From Dehalococcoidia bacterium (GTDB taxonomy: Bacteria; Chloroflexota; Dehalococcoidia; Bin125), in assembly GCA_965242565.1 (NCBI GenBank), contig OZ251457.1, positions 2,904,653 to 2,968,652 on the forward strand: DNA of 64,000 nt, given 5' to 3'. Shown piece by piece: positions 11,301 to 18,907 of the stretch. The notes beneath the pieces were generated by a model that worked only from the letters and a program-made list of their open reading frames with translations, was not told the DNA's origin and did not search any database. The position numbers were made by a program, and so were the translations under genes. The first letter of the stretch is position 1; every line of letters begins with the position of its first letter.

Positions 11301-12320
11301 GCGGCCCACGCCAACCGCATCGCCGAAACCCTGCGCCTCGCCCGACGCGACCGCCCCGAACTCGACGACTTCTTCAGCGAAGCCAACGCCGAACCGTTCT
11401 TCGTCAAAAACCTCGAGCGCGTGCAGGGCGACGAGCGCGACGCCATCATCCTCACCGTCGGCTACGGGCGCACCGAGCACGGCCGCATGCGCTACAACTT
11501 CGGCCCCATCAACCAGGAGGGCGGCTTCCGACGCCTCAATGTCGCCGTCACCCGCGCCAAGCGCCGTATGACCGTCGTCAGCTGCTTTTCCCACAAACAC
11601 ATGGACCCCGGTCGGCTCAACAACGAGGGCGTGCGGATGCTGCGCGACTACATCGAATACGCCGCCGGCGGCGGCCGCAAACTCGGCGCCGGCGCGATCG
11701 ACGCCCCGCCGCTCAACTCGTTCGAGATCGATATCAAAAACCGCCTCGAACGGCGCGGCCTCAAGCTCCAGCCGCAGTACGGCGTCTCCGGCTACCGCAT
11801 CGACTTCGCCGCAATGCACCCCGATGAACCGGGACGCCCCATCCTCGCCATCGAAGCCGACGGCGCGCAATACCACTCCGCCCAGGCCGCGCGCGACCGC
11901 GACCGTCTCCGCCAGGAAAACCTCGAGCGACTCGGCTGGCGCTTCCACCGCATCTGGTCCACCGAGTGGTTCCGCAACCCCGAGCTCGAAGCCGACCGTG
12001 CTCTGGACGCCTACCAAGAAGCGCTCGCCGACGACCGCAAAGCCCCCTCATCCGCGCCGCCGGAAGAACCCCCTGCTGAGCCGCCGGAAGAACCGCCTCC
12101 CCCACCGTCGCGCGACCCGCGACCACCGGTGCAGCCCGGCCAAAAGATCGACGACTACAGCCCCCGCCAGCTGACCAGCATCATCGAGTGGATCGAATCC
12201 GACGGCCGCCTCCGCACCGAAGACGAACTGCTCGCCGAAGCAATGCAAGAACTCGGCTTCAAACGCCGCGGAACCAAAATCGTTGCCGCCCTCACCGAGG
12301 CCATCCGCCGCGCCCGCTGA
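5301..12320 (+). CDS. giant paralogue (2339 aa) of the upstream helicase-nuclease, with the same N-terminal, Walker A (VVVGPPGTGKSQT), motif II (DVVVFDEASQ), REase and DUF3320-like regions. About 1000 extra residues lie between the Walker A and Walker B motifs as tandem repeats
   Basis: Collinear similarity with 1096..5259 at both ends. Starts 41 bp after the upstream stop, on the same strand. Confidence 0.8.
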   Translation: MARRTPANDPDAVRRALRSWTNQLIDTGGRNRLLYFKHLKRGTLDLGPDSGADSAVAVALRRGRSIKLSDCFPDDSGAAASQRARWILRKAREHEEEQGIRTLYLGWRFATWQQSGPGPATPNAPLLLAAAELTPQGRMGDDFTLSIADDWEVNPSMAQLLKREFGAELDEAALEDLLQADPLDDAAILNQLRRAYDTIPGFNIHDGLVLGTFSYAKLPMVRDLEAAEAAVAQHPLVAAIAGDPQAQEQLRDTQRNGARGQSVPGGDDLPPRDEFLVLDADGTQSEVINAAVAGANLVVVGPPGTGKSQTIANLLATLTAHGRSTLFVAEKRAAIDAVVKRLNSVGLGDLVLDLHEGMRSRRQTAEQLAAALETAHTARAPNVETLQRTLNQSRKRLSDAERELHQPHEPWGLSIYQLQSRILGMGDSKDIGLRTSGRALNALHGEALEAAKDELAEYINLNGAVLDASPDAPWGAAHRASTLSTSERAAEAVRLLDDLSGRLLPEVEHELAEMAQHLGIDPPATESMTQALLEALARFEPLHGRFAPAAFQAGDVESLLSALEPAERGPLAELSETDLTPWGVTVEELDLRIQALGPAPETSLRLRGDRLKRLRGDMLAQAMADLEEYIDRGGAELDVSDAAPWSAAHRTSSLRSEAAIDEAGRLLDRLSGELLPALEREIAPIAQQLGIAPPATVPMTRALLEALTRFGPLHGRFTPAVFQADDVESLLSALDPAERGPLAGLSATDSTPWGVTVDELDSRIQVLGQAPETNLRLRGDALKRLGGDLLAPIMADLEEYVDRGGAELEASDAAPWSAAHRASTLRSEAATDEANRLLDRLSGELLPALERENTSIAQHLGIAPPPTPETMRILFEALDRFAPLQARFTPAVFAADNLDNVVAQLEVASQGPLAGVGGDQRTPWGVTAGELDLRIQALGDAPLCDLRLRGDTLSALAGDSLQRMIGHLAEYMNRGGADLDASFGAWSPVHQAAAIDSNERVATAADLLDELSSKLLPGVEHELRGIAERLSIDVPATIDEAHAALAAIRQMQGQREWFASAVFDANVETLLSDLEASQGGAFGQIMARLFNARYRRAVRDSRELLLDEQSSPGEAYARLVAFSKACEAWRGIAPDDPTAAVWEIDIAPCEAALDLFSDTLATFHNVVGFGDAGLDWAAQREWLDALERERAVLLQLPHLGSLRNLLEDASVAEFAREAERRGWSGNEAAQALDEAWTHSALAELTESEPTWRAPYRAARANADEWLVHPDMPTAWVHRWLREFTDARDLWQRATAASPIPAVWTIAPDEGADALERFSEALTAFCALAALDDVDLDWPTQRAQLNTLQSHRAVLFQLQRLAFLRERLQDTAVLGFAREAQRRGWTGGNAAQALSDAWTRSVLDEVQESEPTSHAPYRAARARVDELLAHAAMPTAWATQWLREFVDARDLWQRATTASPTPAAWTIAPDQAANALERFSETLAALCALAALDDAHLDWSAQRMRLEALQNHRAVLSQLPRLASLRERLQDAAILDFAREAQQHGWTGDRAARALNDAWTRSVLDEVQESEPTSHAPYRTARARVDELLTHTAMPTAWVVQWLREFVEAQRIWQRAVASTPTAAVWTASPANCATALAQFAEAADAFSNLAALDDAALDWAARRAQIDSLQRDRTVAHRLPRLHDLRASLKRRGMTRLVAAVHRRGLDGRGAVEAFEDAWARSVLNAVSADAPIFASFNADGHNKAVAEFCDADREHIAQSPRRVVRAWAEAAVAARDEHPEQSQLIMREANRKRRHLPTRDLFQQAPDVLTALKPCWVMSPLVVAQLLPLDGDPPFDVVVFDEASQIPPADAVSSLLRGRQAIVAGDPKQLPPTSFFTSSTDPDDDDDLVPLLTQDVESILDAMSTLLPMPWGSRTLGWHYRSKDERLIAFSNHHVYDRRLTTFPGALPDDCLEHVEVPFEPDASWVSGSYSPEVQRVVELILRHAAERPDETLGVIALGAAHANRIAETLRLARRDRPELDDFFSEANAEPFFVKNLERVQGDERDAIILTVGYGRTEHGRMRYNFGPINQEGGFRRLNVAVTRAKRRMTVVSCFSHKHMDPGRLNNEGVRMLRDYIEYAAGGGRKLGAGAIDAPPLNSFEIDIKNRLERRGLKLQPQYGVSGYRIDFAAMHPDEPGRPILAIEADGAQYHSAQAARDRDRLRQENLERLGWRFHRIWSTEWFRNPELEADRALDAYQEALADDRKAPSSAPPEEPPAEPPEEPPPPPSRDPRPPVQPGQKIDDYSPRQLTSIIEWIESDGRLRTEDELLAEAMQELGFKRRGTKIVAALTEAIRRAR
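6670..8700. repeat. intragenic tandem repeat family A: 4 units of ~510 nt (~170 aa). Unit boundaries fall at about 6670, 7177, 7691 and 8205. The 4th unit is diverged
   Basis: Near-identical nucleotide stretches are visible, e.g. ...gaggagtacatcgatcgtggcggcgcggagcttga... recurs with ~510-nt period. Protein blocks DLEEYIDRGGAELD...APWSAAHR...LGIAPPAT...PLHGRFTPAVFQ are repeated. Confidence 0.8.
8700..10560. repeat. intragenic tandem repeat family B: ~4 units of ~480 nt (~160 aa)
   Basis: Protein blocks FAREAQRRGWTGxxAAQAL(S/N)DAWTRSVLDEVQESEPTSHAPYRxARARVDELLxHxAMPTAWxxQWLREFV recur with ~160-aa period. The corresponding nucleotide stretches are nearly identical. Confidence 0.75.
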
Positions 12321-12365
12321 GCTCGCCCCATCCGGCCGAGCAGCACGCGACCGGACGCTGCACCC

Positions 12366-12914
12366 TTAACAGTCGGCGATGCCGAGCGCATAATGTATCG
12401 CCCACCTCTCCGGCTCCTCCGCATTCGCCGCCCTACGGACGATCTCAACGAGCTCTGCGTATACGCGCATGTCGTCGTCGTTTTCGACAAATCGAGGGTC
12501 AGCCGGCCGAGTGGTTCGCGACACGAACGTTACGTACTGTCCGTTGATCACTCGCAATTCGTAATCCTCAACCCGCGACCCGTTCTGCTCGATGAGCGCC
12601 GCGAGCTCCTTTGGCAGCTCGGAATCAGCCGTGAGTCCGTGATCGATGATTGAGTCGAAATATGTTTCTTCATATCCCGACTCACTATCCTGTATGCACA
12701 CATCCTCATCTGGTATCCCCAGGTACTCCCCGCGGTCGTTCGTGTAGTCAGCCAACGCAAGGCCAAGCTGGCGCCCCGACCCACCCCCAATAGGCCACGG
12801 ATCGGGCGTTGGCGGCAGCGACGGGCTGGACGAAGGCCCCAATTGCCAAACGAGCACGGCAATGATCGCCGCCGCAACCGCCACGCCAACGCCGGCGAGA
12901 GTGAACGTCCTCAT
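12366..12914 (-). CDS. hypothetical membrane-anchored/secreted protein. Start taken at MRTFTLAGVGVAVAAAIIAVLV, an N-terminal TM helix or signal anchor
   Basis: ORF with a hydrophobic N-terminus. Gene body is clearly lower in GC than its surroundings. I recognise no domain. Confidence 0.45.
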   Translation of the reverse strand: MRTFTLAGVGVAVAAAIIAVLVWQLGPSSSPSLPPTPDPWPIGGGSGRQLGLALADYTNDRGEYLGIPDEDVCIQDSESGYEETYFDSIIDHGLTADSELPKELAALIEQNGSRVEDYELRVINGQYVTFVSRTTRPADPRFVENDDDMRVYAELVEIVRRAANAEEPERWAIHYALGIADC

Positions 12915-13242
12915 GGCCGTCTCGCTTCCCGATCCGCCGCTCCTCCGCCGCCGGGTGGGACCGCAGCGCGTCAAGGCGCATTATCGCACTGCGCACGCCA
13001 GGCTACCGCGCGCGTCGCACCCGGCCCCGCCGCGCTCGACTTGATCGGAGCCTGCCCTGACCTGAACAGAGGCGCTCAAGCCTGACGTCGTTCGCAGGCC
13101 GAAGCGACGATGAGGCCGCTGTCGCGGCGAACCGCGGCTGCCGGTGCGCAGCCCACATCGCCTGTGCGCATTTGCCGCTTGATAGTTGGCTTACCCCAAC
13201 ATACGCTCAGATCGTTGCCAAATACGCACGACAGGGCCGTGA

Positions 13243-14340
13243 ATGCCACGCTCGATCACCCTCCTCTGCGACATCGACGACGACCTGCGCGCCCGGATCG
13301 AGCAGGCGCAGCGCGCCGCCAACGCCGCCCAGGCCGCCGTCCCCGACGGCTACGAGCGCTTCCTGCGGCGGCGCGGCGGATACCTCAGCGGGCGCGCCTC
13401 CACCGTGATCGAGGGCAACCCGCTCGACGAGCGCGCCTCGCAGCTCGCAGCCTTTGACGGCGAGGGCGACTCGCCGGCTCACATCGACCTGCGCAACTCG
13501 ATCGAAGCCTGCGCGCTCGCGCTCGACTGGGCGCAGGACCTCTCTTTCCACCTCGACCAGGGCGCAATTCGCGCTTTCAATTCCGTGCTCCTGCGCGGCC
13601 TGCCCGGGCGCGCCGCCGACAACCGCGGCCGCTACCGCCTCGGCGGCAGCCTGGTTATGAACACCGCGACCCGCAGCATCGTCTACACCACCCCGCCGCC
13701 CGCCTGGCTGCCCGAACTGATGGACTCGCTGGAAGCGCGCATCGCCGAGTGGCAGCGCGACGACCCGCCCGCCGTCGTCGCCGCCAAAGCCCACTTCAGC
13801 CTCGTCTCCGTGCATCCCTTCGAGGACGGCAACGGCCGCACGGCGCGGCTGCTCGCCGACCTCATCCTGCACCGCGCGGGCCTCACCGCGGACGGAATGG
13901 CCGCGCTGAGCGGCGCCATCCTCAGCCGCCGCGCCGAGTACTACGAAACCCTCGCCGCCGTGCAGGGCGCGGAGTTCCAGTGCGTCGTCGACGTTGCGCC
14001 CTTTGTCCACTTCCACACCTCCGCGCTGCGCGACGCAATCGAAACGCTGCGCAGCTACGTGGACGCGCTGAACCGCCGCCGCCAGACGCTCCAGGCGCTC
14101 CAGGCGCTGCAAGCCGCCGACGCGCTCTCCGAGCGCCGCATCCTCGGCCTCCTTGCAATGCTTCAATTCAGCCCGCTCTCCGCTTCCACCTGGGGCGAGC
14201 TCGCCGAGTGCTCGCCGCAGACCGCCCGAACCGACCTCGCCGCACTGACCGCCGACGGCTTCGTCGAACGCATCGGGCGCGGCAAGGCGACCCGCTACGA
14301 CCTCTCGGCGTACACCCGCGACCTGCTCGGCGCGGCCTAA
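13243..14340 (+). CDS. Fic family protein (Fic/DOC fold)
   Basis: Canonical Fic active-site motif HPFEDGNGRTAR is present in the translation. The C-terminal region is consistent with a winged-helix tail. Confidence 0.85.
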   Translation: MPRSITLLCDIDDDLRARIEQAQRAANAAQAAVPDGYERFLRRRGGYLSGRASTVIEGNPLDERASQLAAFDGEGDSPAHIDLRNSIEACALALDWAQDLSFHLDQGAIRAFNSVLLRGLPGRAADNRGRYRLGGSLVMNTATRSIVYTTPPPAWLPELMDSLEARIAEWQRDDPPAVVAAKAHFSLVSVHPFEDGNGRTARLLADLILHRAGLTADGMAALSGAILSRRAEYYETLAAVQGAEFQCVVDVAPFVHFHTSALRDAIETLRSYVDALNRRRQTLQALQALQAADALSERRILGLLAMLQFSPLSASTWGELAECSPQTARTDLAALTADGFVERIGRGKATRYDLSAYTRDLLGAA

Positions 14341-14390
14341 ACCGCCCTCTACCCTGTGCCCGACCATCACTCCCGCCGAAGGAGGCGCAC

Positions 14391-17003
14391 GTGTCCGACA
14401 ACGAATCCGAACCCACCGAGGCGCTGCTCGACGGCGTCCGGGTGATCGAAATCGGCGAGGAAAACGTCGCCTACTCCGGACGCCTCTTCGCCGGCCTCGG
14501 CGCCGACGTGATCAAAATCGAGCCGCCCGAAGGCTGCCCGACCCGCGCCATCGGCCCGTTCTACGAGGATCAGCCCGGCCCCGAACGCTCGCTCTTCTGG
14601 TGGCACTACGGACTGGGCAAGCGCTCAGTCGCGCTCGATCTCGCATCAAGCGGCGACCTGCGCGATTTCGAGCGCCTGCTCGGCAGCGCCGACATCCTGC
14701 TCGATGGCACCCCGAACGGCATGTGGGAAGGAATCGGCCTGCCGCTCGAAACCATCCGCGATCGCTTCGGTTCGCTGATCGTCGCGCGCATGACCCCGTT
14801 CGGCGACGACGGCCCCTGGGCCGATTACAAGGCCTCCGACCTCGTCCACCTCGCGCTGGGCGGACCGATGATGAATTGCGGCTACGATCCGCAGCCCGAC
14901 GGTACCTACGACCTGCCGCCGATCGCTCCGCAGATGTGGCACGCCTACCACATCGCCGGCGAGCAACTCTGCATGAACGCGATCGCCGCATTAATAGATC
15001 GCCGCCGCTCCGGCCGCGCCCAACTACTCACCTGCGCCGTTCACGACGCCGTCTCCAAAAACACCGAACTGGACCTGATGTCCTGGGTCTACCGCGCCGC
15101 CACGTTCTACCGCCAAACCTGCCGTCACGCAGCCGAACAGATCACGCTTGTACCGTCAATCGGCCCGACCAAAGACGGCCGCTGGGTGATGGCGCTCGGA
15201 CGCGCCCGCTCCACACAACTGATCGACTTCCTCAAACAGTACGACATGGTCGCCGACCTCGAGCAGGATCCGCCGGAGAGCGGCGGCGCGAACCGCCGCC
15301 CGCGCGGCGAAGCAGCCGCGCACCTCGGCGAGGTCGTTCAGCGGCTCGTCCGCAAGTTCCGCTTCGGCGACGTTCCCTGGCGCGAGGCGCAGGAGCACGG
15401 CCAACTCTGGGCGCCTCTGCGCAAGCCTCACGAAAACGCCGAAGACCCGCACTGGTGGGAGCGCGGCAGCTTCGCCCGCGTCGCCCACCCCGAGCACGAC
15501 GCCGAATTCGTCTACACCACCAGCAAATGGGTATCGAGCGAAACTGCCTGGCGCGTCGGTCCTCGCGCCCCGCTGCTTGGCGAACATACCGAAGCAGTGC
15601 TCGCCGACCTGCCCGACGCGCCATTGCCAAACGACATGACCGCATCTCCGCCGTCGCACGCGACGAGCGACGGCGCGCTCTCGCGCTGGGGAACCCCATT
15701 CCCGCTCGACGGCGTGCGCATCCTCGATTTCACTTGGTGGCTGGCCTCCGGCGGCGCGCCTCGCTACCTCTCCGCGCTCGGCGCGGAAGATATCAAGGTC
15801 GAGTGGCACCAAAACCTCGATCTCCGCGTCGGTATGGCCCAGTACGGCGTCGGCGGACACGAAGCGCGCGCCGCCGCAACCGCGCCGCTGCCCGCCGACA
15901 TCAGCACCATCAACCGCTCCGGCCAGTTCAACGACTTCCACGCCGGCCATCGCGGTCTCTCGCTCAACCTGCGCCGTCCGGAAGGGCTGGAAATCGCCAA
16001 GCGCCTCGTCGCCGTCTCCGACATCGTCGCCGAAGGTTTCTCCCCCGGTGTGATGGAGCGCTGGGGGCTCGGTTACGACGTGATGCGCGAGATCAAGCCA
16101 GACATCATCTACCTCTCCCAATCCGGCATGGGTCAGGTCGGCGTCTACGGGCGCTACCGCACCGTCGGCCCGATCGCCGCGTCAATGGCCGGTATCTCGG
16201 AAATGTCCGGATTGCCCGAACCCTACGCGCCCGCCGGTTGGGGCTACTCCTATCTCGACTGGTTCGGCGCGTACAACCTCGCCACCGCGATGATGGCCGC
16301 TCTCTGGTACCGCGAGCGCACCGGCAAAGGCCAGTGGATCGACTCCTCGCAAGTCGACGCCGGCATCTACCTCAACGGTACCGCCGTGCTCGACTGGTCC
16401 GCCAACGGCCGCGTCTGGCGCCGCTACGGCAACCGCTCGCCCTACAAGCCCGCCGCGCCGCACGGCGCGTACCGCTGCCGCGCCGACGATCAGTCCGCCG
16501 ACCGCTGGATCGCCATCGCCTGCTTCACCGACGCGGAGTGGCAAGCACTGCGCAAGGTTATGGGCAGCCCCGACTGGACATCGCAGCCTCAGTTTGCCTC
16601 ACTCGCCGACCGCCTCGCTCACCAGGACCAGCTCGACGCGCACCTCGAAGCGTGGACCCAAACGCAAGAACGCTGGGACCTGATGGAACGCCTACAGGCC
16701 GCCGGCGTCCCCGCCGGCGTCTGCCAGGATGCCCAGGACCGCTACGAGCGCGACACCCAACTCCAACACCTGCGCTGGCTCACCGAGGTCGAGCACAGCG
16801 AAATGGGCGCCTGGCCCGTTCGCGAAGTCCCCGTCAAATGGGACCAAACCCCGCCCTTCATGGGCGGCCAAATCGACAGGGGCGCCCCCTGCTACGGCGA
16901 AGACAACCACTACGTCCTCGGCGAGCTGCTCGGCCTCAGCTCCAGCGAAATCGCCCGTCTCGCCTCAGACGGCATCATCGCCGAAGGCCTGACGAGCGTC
17001 TAA
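14391..17003 (+). CDS. tandem-fused family III CoA-transferase (two CaiB/BaiF-like domains in one ~870-aa chain)
   Basis: GTG at 14391 is preceded by the RBS gaaggagg and lies in frame with the long ORF. The N-terminal domain motif GVRVIEIG...SGRLFAGLGADVIKIEPPEG is typical of CaiB/BaiF. A second CaiB-like domain starts at LDGVRILDFTWWLASGGAPRYLSALGAEDIKVE. The Arg-rich extension 13749..14390 in the ORF track is rejected as an artefact. Confidence 0.8.
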   Translation: MSDNESEPTEALLDGVRVIEIGEENVAYSGRLFAGLGADVIKIEPPEGCPTRAIGPFYEDQPGPERSLFWWHYGLGKRSVALDLASSGDLRDFERLLGSADILLDGTPNGMWEGIGLPLETIRDRFGSLIVARMTPFGDDGPWADYKASDLVHLALGGPMMNCGYDPQPDGTYDLPPIAPQMWHAYHIAGEQLCMNAIAALIDRRRSGRAQLLTCAVHDAVSKNTELDLMSWVYRAATFYRQTCRHAAEQITLVPSIGPTKDGRWVMALGRARSTQLIDFLKQYDMVADLEQDPPESGGANRRPRGEAAAHLGEVVQRLVRKFRFGDVPWREAQEHGQLWAPLRKPHENAEDPHWWERGSFARVAHPEHDAEFVYTTSKWVSSETAWRVGPRAPLLGEHTEAVLADLPDAPLPNDMTASPPSHATSDGALSRWGTPFPLDGVRILDFTWWLASGGAPRYLSALGAEDIKVEWHQNLDLRVGMAQYGVGGHEARAAATAPLPADISTINRSGQFNDFHAGHRGLSLNLRRPEGLEIAKRLVAVSDIVAEGFSPGVMERWGLGYDVMREIKPDIIYLSQSGMGQVGVYGRYRTVGPIAASMAGISEMSGLPEPYAPAGWGYSYLDWFGAYNLATAMMAALWYRERTGKGQWIDSSQVDAGIYLNGTAVLDWSANGRVWRRYGNRSPYKPAAPHGAYRCRADDQSADRWIAIACFTDAEWQALRKVMGSPDWTSQPQFASLADRLAHQDQLDAHLEAWTQTQERWDLMERLQAAGVPAGVCQDAQDRYERDTQLQHLRWLTEVEHSEMGAWPVREVPVKWDQTPPFMGGQIDRGAPCYGEDNHYVLGELLGLSSSEIARLASDGIIAEGLTSV

Positions 17004-17019
17004 ATGAGAGCGGGCCTGC

Positions 17020-18864
17020 GTGAAGGTGCTAAACTGGGTACTTGGAGGACATCGCAGCGTGGTGAACGCATCGTGGCTTGTCAGGCAAGCAGTCAAATGG
17101 GCGACGATGCTTGTTCGGGCATCGAGGCGCGCCTGGCGTGCCACATGCAGGCTGTGGGCCAGATCGAAAGGCTGGCTCGTCCCGCTTCTGAGCTCGCTGG
17201 TGTTCACATTGGTTGTGTTCGGTTCGCTGTACTGCATTCTTCGAACGGTTGAAGAGTCCGTAGGCAGCGCGGACGCGGGCAATCTCGGGGCCATCCTCGG
17301 GGCGCAAGCCGCGATGACGGCCATCTTCCTCGCGGCGATGATCTTTATCGTGGAAGCGGTCCACCGACGCGAGGACCTCGATGATCCGCTCTACGAGTTG
17401 TTCTTGCGGAAGTCATGGGCGCGGTGGGTCTTCTGCGCCGCCGTCTGGCTTTTCGTCGGCACAGCGGGCGTGTATCTCGTCGGGTCGGTGACTCAGTGGT
17501 CGGCGAGTGTCGGTGGGAGTCGCGGCGACATCTTAGGTTTGGCGTCGCTCGTGACCGCTGCGTTGATCGTCTTGGCGTTCCTGCTCAGAGCGCTCCACAT
17601 CCTTCGTCCGACGACCTACCGAGAGGGCAAGCGAGAGGTGACCGTTGCCCAAGCGCGTGCAGCGGTGCGAGCCCGTGGGCAAGGTTCGGATTTGCAGCGA
17701 CTGCTGGCTCGGATCGGTCGCACGACGTTCGGCAAGTTCACCGAAACCGAAGACCAAGCTAACCGCGTGGTCGAACGCGTAGTTGACGATGCCCATAGGG
17801 CCATTGCCAACGCACGCCTGACGGATGTGCTCGACGCGATCGCGACGCTAGAGAGCGTGGCAGCAGCAGTCGCCGGCGAGATGGAGGTTGTTACGGAGAA
17901 GACGCCGGATGCGTTGCCTGATCAGCGCTCCGATTGGCCGACGTACGGCCCGATGAATGCCGGAGTGCATCGGCTGATCCACGCAGCGTACTCTCAAGGT
18001 AATCCTGACGTCACCACTTCTGCGTCCGAAGCGATACGAAATCGGCTCGCGCCGAGCGTGGAGGGAGGCAGCGAGCTGTTCGTGGCCGTCATCCTAAACG
18101 TGATGCACGACGAGCAGGACATGCCGGACAGGCGCGTCTACCGAAGAGGATCACACCACAACGTGCTCGAGCTCTACGGGATCTTCTCCGATGCTCTGCG
18201 TGCAGCACTGTCCACGACTGACGTTGGTGTAGATGCCGCGCGAAAGGATCGCATCGCGCAGAACGTGATTGCCGGAATTCATACATACGGAGTCAGGGCC
18301 CTGCTGCGTGCCGACCGGCGCGGTTTCGAAGATGTTGCGCAAGTGTTGTTCAGGCAAGTCGAAGTATGGCTCGGAGGGCCTACCACTGGCGCCGTGGATA
18401 ACGACGATACTCACGCGTTGCTGCGTCGAGTTGGGTTGGCGATGGTCGGGCTTGCCTTGGCCAAAGGTGTAAACACCGTTGTGCAAGCTGCGCAGGACCG
18501 ACCGGTTCCTAAGCCCTCGGACTTGTACGACGCTCTTCGCGAAGACGCGCTTGCGAAGTACGGCGTTGTTTCAGAACTCTCAATTGAGTGGTTCCGCGCA
18601 ACTGGACATACCCTGCGCGACGACGAGGACATCGCTTTCATCGAAGAGCGGTCTCTCGACTTCGTGCGACTAGGATACATGTGGTTGATCGTCGCGACGG
18701 AACACGATGACAGTGAGCACTGGGCGTCACACCGAACGCTGATTCGCCAAGAACTGTCGGAAGTCTGGCTCCGCCGTCGGTGGTCCCTGCTACGTGCATT
18801 CGCCGAACCGCGATCCGATGAGTACGCGGCGATCGAGCGGTGGTGCGACCGGGTATTCTCATAG
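17020..18864 (+). CDS. hypothetical integral membrane protein: ~4 N-terminal TM helices followed by a large soluble domain
   Basis: Long ORF with hydrophobic segments (LVPLLSSLVFTLVVFGSLYCIL, AAMTAIFLAAMIFIV, VFCAAVWLFVGTAGVYLV, LASLVTAALIVLAFLL). GC is lower than neighbours. Start codon is uncertain. Confidence 0.5.
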   Translation: MKVLNWVLGGHRSVVNASWLVRQAVKWATMLVRASRRAWRATCRLWARSKGWLVPLLSSLVFTLVVFGSLYCILRTVEESVGSADAGNLGAILGAQAAMTAIFLAAMIFIVEAVHRREDLDDPLYELFLRKSWARWVFCAAVWLFVGTAGVYLVGSVTQWSASVGGSRGDILGLASLVTAALIVLAFLLRALHILRPTTYREGKREVTVAQARAAVRARGQGSDLQRLLARIGRTTFGKFTETEDQANRVVERVVDDAHRAIANARLTDVLDAIATLESVAAAVAGEMEVVTEKTPDALPDQRSDWPTYGPMNAGVHRLIHAAYSQGNPDVTTSASEAIRNRLAPSVEGGSELFVAVILNVMHDEQDMPDRRVYRRGSHHNVLELYGIFSDALRAALSTTDVGVDAARKDRIAQNVIAGIHTYGVRALLRADRRGFEDVAQVLFRQVEVWLGGPTTGAVDNDDTHALLRRVGLAMVGLALAKGVNTVVQAAQDRPVPKPSDLYDALREDALAKYGVVSELSIEWFRATGHTLRDDEDIAFIEERSLDFVRLGYMWLIVATEHDDSEHWASHRTLIRQELSEVWLRRRWSLLRAFAEPRSDEYAAIERWCDRVFS

Positions 18865-18907
18865 AGAACGCACCCTAGTATCGCACCACGACATCCGCGA
18901 TCGCTCG

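Noticed and set aside
1096-12320. Interpretation of the giant helicases as Type I R-M HsdR or as RecBCD/AddAB components
   Set aside because: There is no MTase or specificity subunit nearby. The motifs are Upf1/DNA2-like SF1B (GPPGTGKSQT, DEASQ) with a Vsr/DUF559-like C-terminal nuclease, not the SF2 HsdR or RecB PD-ExK layout.
13749-17023. Long Arg/Pro-rich ORFs (13749..14390 extension, 14600..17023 +, 14512..14991 -) overlapping the Fic and CoA-transferase genes
   Set aside because: Typical high-GC alternative-frame artefacts: Arg/Ala/Pro-dominated low-complexity translation with no motifs. The GTG at 14391 with a GGAGG RBS gives a clean CaiB N-terminus.
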